NCBI GenBank assembly: GCA_033851875.1
Contig: JAWSVN010000003.1
Coordinates: forward strand, 53 to 64,052
Direction of reading: 5' to 3'
Source: Acidimicrobiales bacterium
Lineage (GTDB): Bacteria; Actinomycetota; Acidimicrobiia; Acidimicrobiales; SZUA-35
Length of the DNA: 64,000 bases
A program made the position numbers and the translations under genes. This document shows, piece after piece, positions 52,327 through 62,125 of this stretch. The stretch's first letter is position 1. Each line of letters begins with the position of its first letter. The notes beneath the pieces were generated by a model. It ran no database searches and was not told the origin of the DNA. It worked only from the letters and a program-made list of their open reading frames with translations.

Positions 52327-53952
52327 ATGAGCGAGCACCGCCTGGGGACATCCCCCGGACTGATCATCGGTTCTGGAATCGCCGGCACCGGCGTGTTCAT
52401 TGCCGTGGTGTTCTTCCTGCGCGAACTCACCCAATCACAGCTGGTGATCGCCGCCTCGACCGGGGCGTTCGCCGCGATCAGCGCCGGCGTCAGCGCCCTC
52501 TGGTCGACCTGGGCCAACCGCCACGAGTCGGAGAAGTTCGCCACGGCGGAGCGCGACGCCCGCACCGACCAGCTCACCGACCTGCTCAATCGGGTCGGTC
52601 TGTGGACCGAGCTCGACCATTCGATCGCCAAGGCCCGCAAGTCCGACACGGTGCTGGGCGTGCTCTTCCTCGATCTCGATCGTTTCAAAGTCATCAACGA
52701 CTCGATGGGACACGACGCCGGCGACGAGTTGCTCAAGATCGTCGCCAGCCGGCTGCGACGAGCCGTTCGAAGCAGCGACGTCGTTGCCCGCTTCGGGGGT
52801 GACGAGTTCGTCGTCGTCTGCCGGGAGCTGCTCACCGATGCCTCGGTCGAGGCCGTCGCCCGGCAGATCCTGCGGGCCTTCGAGGAACCCGTCTCGTTGC
52901 GGGGTGGCTCGCAGGTGATCGGTACGTCGATCGGCGTCACCGTCGCTCGTCCCGGGGACGTTCGCAGCGGCGAGGACCTGGTGCGCGACGCCGACGCGGC
53001 GATGTACAAAGCGAAGAAGGCGAAGTCGGGCTACGCGATGTTCGACGAGGCCCAACGCCTCCAGGTGATCGACCGCCTCGACATCGAACGCGACCTCAAC
53101 AAGGCCCTCGAGGAAGACCAGCTCTCGGTCGTCTACCAGCCCCTGGTCGACGTTCGCACCAAGCGTCTCTACGGCTTCGAGGCCCTCGTCCGGTGGATGC
53201 ACCCAACCCGCGGCGAGATGAGCCCCGGACAGTTCCTGGCCGTGGCCGAAGAGGCCGGCATGATGAGCCGGATCGGCGAACTGGTGTTGCGCGAAGCGTG
53301 CGCCCAGCTCGCCGTCTGGAACCACCTCAGCCCCGACGCCCGCGACGTGAAGATCAGTGTCAACGTCGCCGAGCAGCAGCTCCTCGACGCCAACTTCCCG
53401 TTTCTCGTGCAGGACATCCTCACCTGGAGCGGGCTGCCGCCCGAGCAGCTCGTGCTCGAGATCGTCGAGGACACGATCGTCGACCACCTCAAGGACGGCA
53501 TCGGTCGGTTGCGCGACATCCGCGACATCGGCGTCGGCCTCGCCATCGACGACTTCGGCACCGGCCAGTCGTCGCTGAGCTACGTCAAGCAGTTCGACAT
53601 GGTGTCGACCCTCAAGATCGACAAGACCTTCGTCGACCAGATCGGCGCAGGGCAGTCCGACCGGGCGATCATCGAGGCGATCGTGGCGATGGCCCGAGCC
53701 CTCGACCTACGGGTCGTCGCCGAGGGTGTGGAGCGCAACGATCAGGTGAAGGAACTCTTCGGCATGGGCGTGGAGATCATGCAGGGCTACCTGTTCAACG
53801 CCCCGGTTCGGCCCGACGGTGTCGACCCGCTGCGGTGGTTCAAGCCCCGCACGGAGGCGGCGCCGGCCAGTGGTGCAGGCCTGACCCCGCTCGAGGTGAG
53901 CCGCACGCTCGTGGCGCCGGGTGAGCACGCCCGGCCCCCGCGCCGGGGCTGA
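52327..53952 (+). CDS. Membrane-anchored GGDEF-EAL protein (diguanylate cyclase/phosphodiesterase)
   Basis: Two N-terminal TM helices, a GGDEF domain (RFGGDEFVVV), and an EAL domain (EALVRW...DDFGTGQSSLSY...EGVE). The ATG at 52327 is inside ORF 51859..53952. Confidence 0.9.
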   Translation: MSEHRLGTSPGLIIGSGIAGTGVFIAVVFFLRELTQSQLVIAASTGAFAAISAGVSALWSTWANRHESEKFATAERDARTDQLTDLLNRVGLWTELDHSIAKARKSDTVLGVLFLDLDRFKVINDSMGHDAGDELLKIVASRLRRAVRSSDVVARFGGDEFVVVCRELLTDASVEAVARQILRAFEEPVSLRGGSQVIGTSIGVTVARPGDVRSGEDLVRDADAAMYKAKKAKSGYAMFDEAQRLQVIDRLDIERDLNKALEEDQLSVVYQPLVDVRTKRLYGFEALVRWMHPTRGEMSPGQFLAVAEEAGMMSRIGELVLREACAQLAVWNHLSPDARDVKISVNVAEQQLLDANFPFLVQDILTWSGLPPEQLVLEIVEDTIVDHLKDGIGRLRDIRDIGVGLAIDDFGTGQSSLSYVKQFDMVSTLKIDKTFVDQIGAGQSDRAIIEAIVAMARALDLRVVAEGVERNDQVKELFGMGVEIMQGYLFNAPVRPDGVDPLRWFKPRTEAAPASGAGLTPLEVSRTLVAPGEHARPPRRG

Positions 53953-53982
53953 CGGGATCCCGGTCGAGGCCGATCGTCTCGA

Positions 53983-54801
53983 TCAGGTGCGTGGCGGGGG
54001 CGAGACGAAGTCGATGAGCTGCTCGACCGCACCGACCAGGCCGGGCTCGAGATCCGCGTAGCTGCTCACCTGGGCGAGGATCCGCTTCCAGAGCTCGCCG
54101 GGCTCGCCGTCGAAGCGGAACGCCTGGCACACCCCGCGTTTCCAGTCCTGCCCCTTCGGGATCTGGGGCCACGCCTCGATGCCGAGGACGGCGGGCCGGA
54201 CCGCCTCCCACACGTCGACGTAGGGGTGGCCGGTGATCAACACGTTGGGGTGGTCGATCGTCGACGCGATCCGGGTCTCCTTGGTGCCGTCGACCAGATG
54301 GTCGAGCAGGATCCCGAGCCGGCGGGTCGGGGTGGGGCCGAAGCGGCGCACCACCTCCTCGAGATCGTCGGCGCCGTGGAGGGGCTCGACCACGACGCCC
54401 TCGATGCGCAGGTCCTCGCCCCACACCTTTTCGACGAGTTCGGCGTCGTGGAGACCCTCGACGAGGATGCGGCTTGGTTGGGCGACCCGGGCCTTGACGT
54501 TGCCGAGGGCCACCGACCCCGACGCCGTACGGCTTGCCGGCTTCGCCTTCGGCTTGGGCGCGACGAGGGTGACGGTCTGGCCGTTGTGGCTGAACGCGCC
54601 CTTCTCGTTCCGCAGCGTCTGGTCGCGCCCGTTGGTGTCACGGATCACGACGAAGTCGGGGGTGAAGCGCAGGATCGTGCCGACGTAGCCGCCGGTGCGG
54701 TGCCGTACGGTGAGGCCCTGCTCGGCCGGCAGCTTGGGATACTCCGGCTTGCGGCGCTGGGGCCCGTTGAGATCGAGGGGCTCGCTCAGGATTCCCGACA
54801 T
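53983..54801 (-). CDS. DUF3097 domain protein (conserved actinobacterial)
   Basis: The C-terminal 272 codons of ORF 53983..56673 match my memory of DUF3097 proteins (RILVEGLHDAELVEKVWG...LITGHPYVDVW). ATG at 54801. Confidence 0.75.
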   Translation of the reverse strand: MSGILSEPLDLNGPQRRKPEYPKLPAEQGLTVRHRTGGYVGTILRFTPDFVVIRDTNGRDQTLRNEKGAFSHNGQTVTLVAPKPKAKPASRTASGSVALGNVKARVAQPSRILVEGLHDAELVEKVWGEDLRIEGVVVEPLHGADDLEEVVRRFGPTPTRRLGILLDHLVDGTKETRIASTIDHPNVLITGHPYVDVWEAVRPAVLGIEAWPQIPKGQDWKRGVCQAFRFDGEPGELWKRILAQVSSYADLEPGLVGAVEQLIDFVSPPPRT

Positions 54802-54825
54802 CTCCGTCACGGTAGCGTGCCTGCG

Positions 54826-56607
54826 ATGATCCTCTTGGACGCCGTCGAGGTCTCGATGTCCCGGCCCGATCGGCCCCTGTTCACCGACGTGTCGGTGACG
54901 GTGTCGAGCGGCGACCACCTCGGCATCGTCGGCATCAACGGCACCGGCAAGTCGACCCTGCTGCGGGTGCTCACCGGGCAGAACGAGCCCGAGTCGGGCA
55001 CGGTGCGCTTCGGTCGCGACGTGCAGGTCGTCATGCTCGACCAGGCGGCGTCGCTGCCCGGCGGCTCGGTCCTCGACGCCGTGCTCGGCGAACTCGTGCG
55101 GGCCGACGACGGGGCCGAACGGCGCTGGGAGGCCGAGAAGGTGCTGTCGCACCTCGGCATGGGCGGCCACCTCCAGCGCGGCACCGGCGAACTCTCCGGC
55201 GGTGAGGCCAAGCGGGTGGCCCTGGCCCGGGCGTTGGTGCAGCCGAGCGACCTGCTCGTGCTCGACGAGCCGACCAACCATCTCGATCTCGACGGCATCA
55301 CCTGGCTCGAGGAGTATCTGGCCGCCGATCGGCGCGGCCTGATCCTGGTCACCCACGACCGCCACCTCCTCGACAAGGTGACCACCCGCATGCTCGAACT
55401 CGACCGCGGGTCGGCGCACGTGCACGAGGGCAACTACGACTCCTACCTCGAGGCGAAGGCCGACCGCGAGGTGGCGGCGGCCGAGGCCGAGTCGGTGCGT
55501 CGCAACCTGGCCCGGGCCGAGCTCGCCTGGCTGCGTCGGGGCGCGAAGGCCCGCACGTCGAAGCCCAAGGCCCGCGTCGACGCGGCCAAGGCGCTGATCA
55601 GCGAACGACCCGAGGGCCCCGCCCGTCCGGCCAACCTCCACCTCGAGTTCCCCACGCCCCGCCTCGGCGACGTCGTCGTCGAACTCCACGGACTCACCGG
55701 CACCGCCCCCGACGGGCGGGTGCTGTTCGACGGCGTCGACCTCCTGCTCGACAACCGCGAGCGGCTCGGCATCGTCGGCCCCAACGGCGCCGGCAAGTCG
55801 ACCCTGCTCGACCTGATCGCCAAGCGGACCCAGCCGGCCGGCGGCGAGGTCGTCTGGGGCACGACCGTGCAGCTCGGCTACTACCGCCAGGCCGGCGACG
55901 CGCTCGACCCCAACGCCCGGGTCCGCGAGGTCGTGGCAGGCCCGGACCGCAAGCCGGACTGGACCGACGCCCGGCTGCTCGAGGCGTTCTGGTTCGACAC
56001 CGACGCCCAATGGGCCGAGGTCCACTCGCTGTCGGGCGGTGAGCGTCGCCGTCTCGAGCTGATGACCGTGCTGGCGGCCAAGCCCAACGTGTTGCTGCTC
56101 GACGAGCCGACCAACGACCTCGACATCGAGACCCTCCGAGCGCTCGAGGACTTCCTCGAGGACTGGCCCGGCGCCGTGGTCGTCGTGTCCCACGACCGGG
56201 CGTTCCTGCAGCGGGTCGTGGCCGACGCCCTCGTCATCGACGACGGCACCGCCACCCGCTGGCCCGGCGGGTTCCAGGCGTGGGACGACCATCGGCGAGC
56301 CCAGAAGGCGGCCGCCGGCGACACCGGCAAGCGGGTCCGCAAGGGCGACACCCGGACCAAGGACAGCGCCGGCCGGTCCAAGTCGACGATCGGTCGTCGG
56401 CTGCGTGACACCGAGAAGGCGATGGCCAAGCTCGAACGCAAACGCGACGACCTCCGCGCCGCCCTCGACACCGCCACCACCGACCCCGCCGGCATCGACC
56501 ACACCCGCCTCGCGGAGCTCGGACGCGACCTCGCCGCCGTCGAGACCGAGCTCGCCGAGACCGAGGAGCGGTGGATGGAGTTGGCCGAGGAGCAGGAGAA
56601 CGCGTAG
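54826..56607 (+). CDS. ABC-F family ATPase (Uup/EttA-like)
   Basis: Two NBDs (GINGTGKST and GPNGAGKST; LSGGE signatures twice) joined by a linker, with a charged coiled C-terminus and no TM domain. Confidence 0.9.
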   Translation: MILLDAVEVSMSRPDRPLFTDVSVTVSSGDHLGIVGINGTGKSTLLRVLTGQNEPESGTVRFGRDVQVVMLDQAASLPGGSVLDAVLGELVRADDGAERRWEAEKVLSHLGMGGHLQRGTGELSGGEAKRVALARALVQPSDLLVLDEPTNHLDLDGITWLEEYLAADRRGLILVTHDRHLLDKVTTRMLELDRGSAHVHEGNYDSYLEAKADREVAAAEAESVRRNLARAELAWLRRGAKARTSKPKARVDAAKALISERPEGPARPANLHLEFPTPRLGDVVVELHGLTGTAPDGRVLFDGVDLLLDNRERLGIVGPNGAGKSTLLDLIAKRTQPAGGEVVWGTTVQLGYYRQAGDALDPNARVREVVAGPDRKPDWTDARLLEAFWFDTDAQWAEVHSLSGGERRRLELMTVLAAKPNVLLLDEPTNDLDIETLRALEDFLEDWPGAVVVVSHDRAFLQRVVADALVIDDGTATRWPGGFQAWDDHRRAQKAAAGDTGKRVRKGDTRTKDSAGRSKSTIGRRLRDTEKAMAKLERKRDDLRAALDTATTDPAGIDHTRLAELGRDLAAVETELAETEERWMELAEEQENA

Positions 56608-56617
56608 ACCGGTGGCC

Positions 56618-57379
56618 ATGAGCGCACGCGTGGCACTGGTAACCGGCGGTGGACGAGGGATCGGGGCGGGCATCGCCCTCGGTCTCGCCGAGGACGGATT
56701 CGACGTGGCGGTGACCTACCGCCGTGACGGCGACGCCGCCCTCGAGACGGTGGCGGCGATCGAGGCGCTCGGGCGTCGCGCCCTCGCCGTGCAGGGCGAC
56801 GTGTCGGTCGCGGCCGACAACGAGTCGACGGTCGCCACCGTGATGGAGTTCTTCGGTCGGATCGACGTGCTGGTGTCCAACGGCGGCATCGCCAGCCGGG
56901 GCCGTTCGGTCGTCGACACCGACGCCGACGAACTGCAGCGGGTGATGGCGACCCACGCCCTCGGCGCCCACCACCTGTGTTCGCTCGTCGCGCCGATCCT
57001 GCGGGAACAGGAGCGGGGCGACGTCGTGGTGATCTCCTCGGTCGCCACCCTCGGCCACGCCGCCTACGGCGCCCCCTACAACATGGCCAAGGCGGCCCTC
57101 GAGGCCCTCGCGCTCACCCTCGCCAAGGAGGAGCGTCAGTACGGCACCCGGGTCAACATCGTCGCCCCGGGCCTGGTCGACACCGACATGGGGCGCCGTC
57201 TCGTCAAGGGGGCGGCCGGCATCGACGACATCTCGACCCTGGCCGAGGGCATGCCGTTCGGTCGGGTCTGCGTGCCGTCCGACATCGCGGATGCCGTGCG
57301 CTTCTTCGTGTCGGACAAGGCGTCGTACGTCACCGGCGAGAAGCTGAACGTCTTCGGCGGCGGGCAGACCTGGAAGTAG
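56618..57379 (+). CDS. SDR family oxidoreductase
   Basis: TGGGRGIGAGIA, SNGG and YNMAKAA (YxxxK). Confidence 0.85.
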   Translation: MSARVALVTGGGRGIGAGIALGLAEDGFDVAVTYRRDGDAALETVAAIEALGRRALAVQGDVSVAADNESTVATVMEFFGRIDVLVSNGGIASRGRSVVDTDADELQRVMATHALGAHHLCSLVAPILREQERGDVVVISSVATLGHAAYGAPYNMAKAALEALALTLAKEERQYGTRVNIVAPGLVDTDMGRRLVKGAAGIDDISTLAEGMPFGRVCVPSDIADAVRFFVSDKASYVTGEKLNVFGGGQTWK

Positions 57380-57404
57380 CGGCTCACGTGGGACACTGCC
57401 TCCC

Positions 57405-58556
57405 ATGACGCTCGAGCTCGACCTGGCCCGACTCCGATCCCTCGACGGGATCAAGTGGGCGAAGCATGCCGGCACCGACGTGTTGGCGGCGTGGGTGGCC
57501 GACATGGACCTGCCGCCGGCGCCGATGGCCGTCGACGCCGTGCGGGCCCTCGTCGACCGGGGCGACTTCGGCTACAACCATCGCGGCCACGACCTCCTGC
57601 CGGAAGCCTTCGTCGCTTGGCAGGCCCGGCGCCACGGCTGGACGCCGCCCGTGGAGCAGGTCCGGGTCTTCTGCGACGTGCTCCATGCGCTCGAGACGGC
57701 GATCGTCTGGGGCACCGACCCCGGCGACGGGATCCTGCTGTGCACCCCCACCTACCCGCCCTTCCTCGACTCGATCGACGGCGCCGGCCGCCAGGTCGTG
57801 CCGGTGCCGCTCGAGCGTGACCACGCCGACGGGCCATGGCGGCTCACCGAGGAGGCGATCGACGCCGCCATCGCCGGCCACGACGGCCCGGTCACGGCGT
57901 TCCTCGTCTGCAACCCCCACAACCCGACCGGCCGGGTGTTCGACGACGACGAGCTCGAGGTGCTCCTCGGCGCCTGCGAGCGCCACGACCTGTTGGTGTT
58001 GGCCGACGAGATCTGGGCCGACCTGACCCACGGCGGCGCCCATGTTGCTCTCGCCCCACGCCGGCCCGGCCGGATCGTCGTCGCCACCGCGGCGTCGAAG
58101 ACGTTCAACCTGGCCGGCCTGCGCTGCGCCGCGGCGGTGATCGACGACGACCGGGTCGCCACCGCCCTCGACGCCCTGCCGTCCCACGCCCTCGGGGCGG
58201 TGAGTTCCCCCGGGGCGGACGCCACGCTGGCGTGCTGGAACGACGGCGACGATTGGGCGAGCGCCACTGCCCGTCACCTCACCGAGCAGCGCGATCATCT
58301 GGCGGCTCGGCTCGCCGCCGAGGCCCCGTCGGTCCGGTGGTCGGTGCCCGACGCCACCTACCTGGCGTGGCTCGACGTGGCCGCCTGCGGCCTGGGCCAG
58401 GACCCGGCGGCCACCCTGCTCGAACGAGGGCGCGTGGCGTTCAACTCCGGCCTCGATTTCGGGCCTGGCGGTGCCTCGTTCGTCCGGCTCAACCTGGCGT
58501 CGAGCCGCCCGATGCTCGACGCCGTCGTCGACCGCTTCGTGGGCGCCATCTCCTGA
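57405..58556 (+). CDS. Class I/II PLP aminotransferase, MalY/PatB-like C-S lyase
   Basis: KWAKH...VADMDLPP, CNPHNPTGRVF and SKTFNLAGLR (PLP lysine). Confidence 0.85.
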   Translation: MTLELDLARLRSLDGIKWAKHAGTDVLAAWVADMDLPPAPMAVDAVRALVDRGDFGYNHRGHDLLPEAFVAWQARRHGWTPPVEQVRVFCDVLHALETAIVWGTDPGDGILLCTPTYPPFLDSIDGAGRQVVPVPLERDHADGPWRLTEEAIDAAIAGHDGPVTAFLVCNPHNPTGRVFDDDELEVLLGACERHDLLVLADEIWADLTHGGAHVALAPRRPGRIVVATAASKTFNLAGLRCAAAVIDDDRVATALDALPSHALGAVSSPGADATLACWNDGDDWASATARHLTEQRDHLAARLAAEAPSVRWSVPDATYLAWLDVAACGLGQDPAATLLERGRVAFNSGLDFGPGGASFVRLNLASSRPMLDAVVDRFVGAIS

Positions 58557-58572
58557 CCGGTCTCGCCGGGAG

Positions 58573-60927
58573 GTGGCCGAACTCCTCGGCCGAGCGGTAG
58601 AGCCTTCTAGACTCGCCGCCATCACCACGATCGGGGTCAGCCGACCCGTCTCGACGCCCCCGGAGCGTGTCGCGGAGAGCGACCTCCGCGCCACCCTGCC
58701 CCTCGTGGTCGCGGGCCTGGTCGCCGCCACCCTCGTCGCCCTCGGTGGGATGCTGGCCGGGGCCGCCGTGCCCGGCGACGAGGGACGCTTGTGGTCGGTG
58801 CCGACGATCCCGGTCAGCCCGTCGATCGATCTGGTGCCGGCCCTCGCCCTGTTCTACGGCGGCCTGATCGGCCTGGTGCGCAGCTGGGTCCAGCTGCGCC
58901 GCCGGATCCTGACCCGGAGCCACGCCGGTTCGCCCGTCTCGGTGATGACGGTCGCCGCGATCGCGGCGGTGTGGGCCTTGCCGCTGGTGGTCGGGCCACC
59001 GCTGGGGAGCCGCGACGTCTACGCCTATGTGGCCCAGGGCGAGGCCGCCCTCGAGGGGTACGACGTCTATCGAGAGGGCCCGAGCGTCCTCGGCGATCAC
59101 CCGGTCCTGGCCCCGGTCGACCCCCTCTACCTCGACGCCGCCGTCGTCTACGGTCCCGCCTTCGTCGAGATCTCCGACGCCGTGGCCGGGCGGACCACCG
59201 ACGTGATCGGCTCGGTCTACTGGTTCCGAGCCCTGGCGGTGATCTCCCTCGTCATCGCCACGGCCGCCACCGTCGACCTGGCCCGCACCCTGGGACGCGA
59301 CCCCGCCGACACCGTCGTGCTGACGGCCGCCAACCCGCTGGTGTTGTTGCACCTGGTGTCGGGGGCCCACAACGAGGCGATCATGCTGGCCGGCATGATG
59401 GCCGGCGTGGCCATCGGCCAACGGCCCCGGTGGCGGCTCCTCGGCATCGCCCTGTGTTCGCTGGCGGCGCTGGTGAAGATCCCGGCGCTGGTGGCCGCGG
59501 TCTTCCTGGCCTGGCCGTGGATCCGTCAGGCGTGGGCCGCTGATCGGGTGAAGGCCCTCCGCCGCTTCGCGGCGTCGGCGTCGACGATCGTGGGCGTGGT
59601 GGTCGGCGGGTCGTTGGCCACCGGCTGGGGGCTCGACTGGATCCGCGCGATGGCGGTGGCGAAGCCCGTCGAGGCCTACCTCAGCGTCACCACGGTCGCC
59701 GGCGCCGGCATCCACTGGTTGCTCGGCGTCGAACTGGCGGGGGCGCTGTCGGTGACCCGTGGGCTCGGTGTGATCGTCGCCGGCGGGCTGATCGCGTGGC
59801 GGCTGCTCGGTGCGAAGGCCGCGGCGCCCGCCACCCTGGCCTGGGCCCTGGTGCTGCTCGCCGTCTTCCACCCGACCACCCAGCCTTGGTACCTGACGTG
59901 GGGCCTGTTCGCGATGGCGGCGTCGTCGGCGGGCAGCCGCAACCGGTTCCTGATGGCGGTCAGCGCGTTCGCCGCCTTCGTCGTGATGCCCGTCGGTCCT
60001 CACCTCGGGCAGGTGCTGCTCGACTCGACCGGTCGGGCCACGATCGCCGTCGCCATGGTGGCGATGGCGTTGCTGACGGTCAGCCCGCCGACGCCGGCCG
60101 AGCGCCGCCGGCGAGGTCGACAGCGCGACGACGGCGTGGTGTCGGTGATCGTGCCGACCCGCAACGAGGCCCCTAACGTCGGGCCGCTCGTCGACCGCCT
60201 CACCGCCCTCGACCTCGGCGGCCGAGACCTCGAGATCCTCTTCGTCGACGACTCCGACGACGAACGGGGCGGCGACTCACCGACGCGGGTCTCCCACACG
60301 GTGCACGCCATCGAGGCGGCCGCCGAACGCCACCCGACCGTGGCGGTGCGGGCCCACCACCGGCTGCCATCCGCCCGATGGGGAGGACTCGGCGGCGCCG
60401 TCGTCGACGGATTCGTGTTGGCCTCGGGCTCGGTGGCGGTCGTGATGGACGGCGACCTGCAGCACCCTGCCGAGACCGTGCCGGCCCTCGTCGACCGGGT
60501 GGCGTCGGGCGCCGCCGGGGTGGCGGTGGCCTCGCGTCGGGTGCCCGGCGGGGTCGACGCCGGCCTCACGCCGATGCGTCGGCGGCTGTCGGAACTGGCG
60601 GCCCGGGTCGGCCGTGGACTGTTCCCGCAGCGGCTCGGCGGGGTGCAGGATCCGTTGTCCGGGTTCTTCGCCGTGGCGCTCGACGAGGTCGTCGTCGAAC
60701 GCCTTCATCCCGACGGGTTCAAGATCCTCGTCGAGGTGCTGGCCACCCATCCCGAGCTGGCGGCGGTGGAGGTGCCGTTCACGTTCGGCGGTCGGGTCGA
60801 GGGCACCTCGAAGGCGTCGGCCGTGCAGGGGTTCCGCTACCTCGGTCACCTGGTCGACCTCCGCTTGCGCACCAGCTACGCCTGGGCCGGCGCCGTCGGC
60901 CCTCAGCAGATCTACCGAGCCGAGTAG
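58573..60927 (+). CDS. Fusion: MptA/MptB-like GT-C polytopic mannosyltransferase domain plus C-terminal GT2 polyprenol-phosphate mannose synthase (Ppm1/Dpm1-like)
   Basis: The N-terminal 510 or so aa are polytopic, with SRDVYAYVAQGEAALEGYDVY. The C-terminal part has VSVIVPTRNEAPNV, VDDSDD, VVMDGDLQHP and GFKIL. The start is uncertain (GTG 58573 or GTG 58705). Confidence 0.75.
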   Translation: MAELLGRAVEPSRLAAITTIGVSRPVSTPPERVAESDLRATLPLVVAGLVAATLVALGGMLAGAAVPGDEGRLWSVPTIPVSPSIDLVPALALFYGGLIGLVRSWVQLRRRILTRSHAGSPVSVMTVAAIAAVWALPLVVGPPLGSRDVYAYVAQGEAALEGYDVYREGPSVLGDHPVLAPVDPLYLDAAVVYGPAFVEISDAVAGRTTDVIGSVYWFRALAVISLVIATAATVDLARTLGRDPADTVVLTAANPLVLLHLVSGAHNEAIMLAGMMAGVAIGQRPRWRLLGIALCSLAALVKIPALVAAVFLAWPWIRQAWAADRVKALRRFAASASTIVGVVVGGSLATGWGLDWIRAMAVAKPVEAYLSVTTVAGAGIHWLLGVELAGALSVTRGLGVIVAGGLIAWRLLGAKAAAPATLAWALVLLAVFHPTTQPWYLTWGLFAMAASSAGSRNRFLMAVSAFAAFVVMPVGPHLGQVLLDSTGRATIAVAMVAMALLTVSPPTPAERRRRGRQRDDGVVSVIVPTRNEAPNVGPLVDRLTALDLGGRDLEILFVDDSDDERGGDSPTRVSHTVHAIEAAAERHPTVAVRAHHRLPSARWGGLGGAVVDGFVLASGSVAVVMDGDLQHPAETVPALVDRVASGAAGVAVASRRVPGGVDAGLTPMRRRLSELAARVGRGLFPQRLGGVQDPLSGFFAVALDEVVVERLHPDGFKILVEVLATHPELAAVEVPFTFGGRVEGTSKASAVQGFRYLGHLVDLRLRTSYAWAGAVGPQQIYRAE

Positions 60928-62090
60928 AGGTCTCGGCCAGCGGCGGCGACCAGGGCGACGAGGAGGGCGTCGCGACCGAGGAGGGCGAGGGCGGCGATGG
61001 GATGGTCGACGCCCTCGGGGCTGAAGATGCCGAGCACGACGGCGGTCATCAGCGCGGCGGCGGCGGTCAGCCCGAGGGGAGAGCGCACGAGCGGCAGCCA
61101 CCCGTGGCGGTCGTCGTCGGTCGGGATGGTGAGCGCGGCGAACGGGGTGAGCCACAGCATGAACTGGGGTGAGAACAGGGGAGCGGTGAGCAGGAGTGCA
61201 GCGATCGAGCCGGTGGCGGCGAGGGCCAGGTGGCGGAGGTCGATGGTGCTGTCCCCTCGGGACGACAGGCGCCAGAGCAGCCAGCTGAGCCCGCCGGTCA
61301 CGGCGAGGGCGACGACCCGGAGGGCGAAAACGACGGTCTCGTCGATCGTGCCGATCCGCCACGCGTCGGCCTCGAAGCGAGGCTCGTTGCCGGCGAGGGC
61401 GAGGATCGACCCGGGGATCGTCTCGACGTGCCAGCCGGTCGCGCCCCGCAGCGACAGCACCTGGTCGATGGCGTCGAACCCGCCGTAGGCCAGCCAGGCG
61501 ATCCCGGCCAGTGCGCCGACAACGACGGCGGCGGCCGCCTCCCGGAAGCGGCGGGCCCCGACGGCGATTGGCACGAGCAGCACGGGGAAGATCTTCACCA
61601 TCGCCCCTGCGACCGCGCCGACGGCGACGCCTGCTGATTGGCGTCTGGCCAGGGCTACGACGCCGATCGTTCCGAGCGCGGCGGCCCACAGGTCGAGCCG
61701 CACCAGTCCGGCCAACACCATCGGCGTGCCGATCACGAGGTAGGCGAGGGCGGCGCGATCGCCGTGAGCTCGCGTCCCGGCGGCCCGTCGCAGGAACCAC
61801 GCCAGCCCGAGGTCGACGGCCAGGGAGAGGGCGACGACGATGCGCAGCGCGGAGACCGGACCGCCGCCGGCGACGGCCTCGATGATCACGACGGAGCCTG
61901 GCGGGTACTCGACGGCGTGGTCGACCCAGTGGCGGCCGGGCGCCTCGGCGATGGCGGCGAATCGGGAGGTGTCCCAGCCGCGGAGTTCGTCGGCCGAGTC
62001 GGTCCACGGTCCCAGGATCAGCGCCCCAGCGGCGGCGACCCGCACGACGATCGCCACGACGGCAACGGCGACAGCGACTCGGCGGGACAC
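60912..62090 (-). CDS. GT87/DUF2029-like polytopic glycosyltransferase
   Basis: GTG at 62090. VEYPPGSVV and MVKIFPVLLVP motifs with many TM helices. The upstream part of ORF 60912..63080 is Arg-rich shadow. Confidence 0.7.
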   Translation of the reverse strand: MSRRVAVAVAVVAIVVRVAAAGALILGPWTDSADELRGWDTSRFAAIAEAPGRHWVDHAVEYPPGSVVIIEAVAGGGPVSALRIVVALSLAVDLGLAWFLRRAAGTRAHGDRAALAYLVIGTPMVLAGLVRLDLWAAALGTIGVVALARRQSAGVAVGAVAGAMVKIFPVLLVPIAVGARRFREAAAAVVVGALAGIAWLAYGGFDAIDQVLSLRGATGWHVETIPGSILALAGNEPRFEADAWRIGTIDETVVFALRVVALAVTGGLSWLLWRLSSRGDSTIDLRHLALAATGSIAALLLTAPLFSPQFMLWLTPFAALTIPTDDDRHGWLPLVRSPLGLTAAAALMTAVVLGIFSPEGVDHPIAALALLGRDALLVALVAAAGRDLYSAR

Positions 62091-62125
62091 GCCGGCACGG
62101 TAGTGGCGCTGGGTGCGAGCGACGC

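Noticed and set aside
53953-53982. CGGGATCCCG palindrome between the convergent GGDEF-EAL and DUF3097 genes
   Set aside because: The stem is only 3-4 bp once a loop is allowed, and there is no U-tract. Support for a terminator is insufficient.
54802-56673. Upstream 624 codons of minus-strand ORF 53983..56673
   Set aside because: It is antisense to the ABC-F ATPase gene. Only the last 272 codons (DUF3097) look like a real protein.
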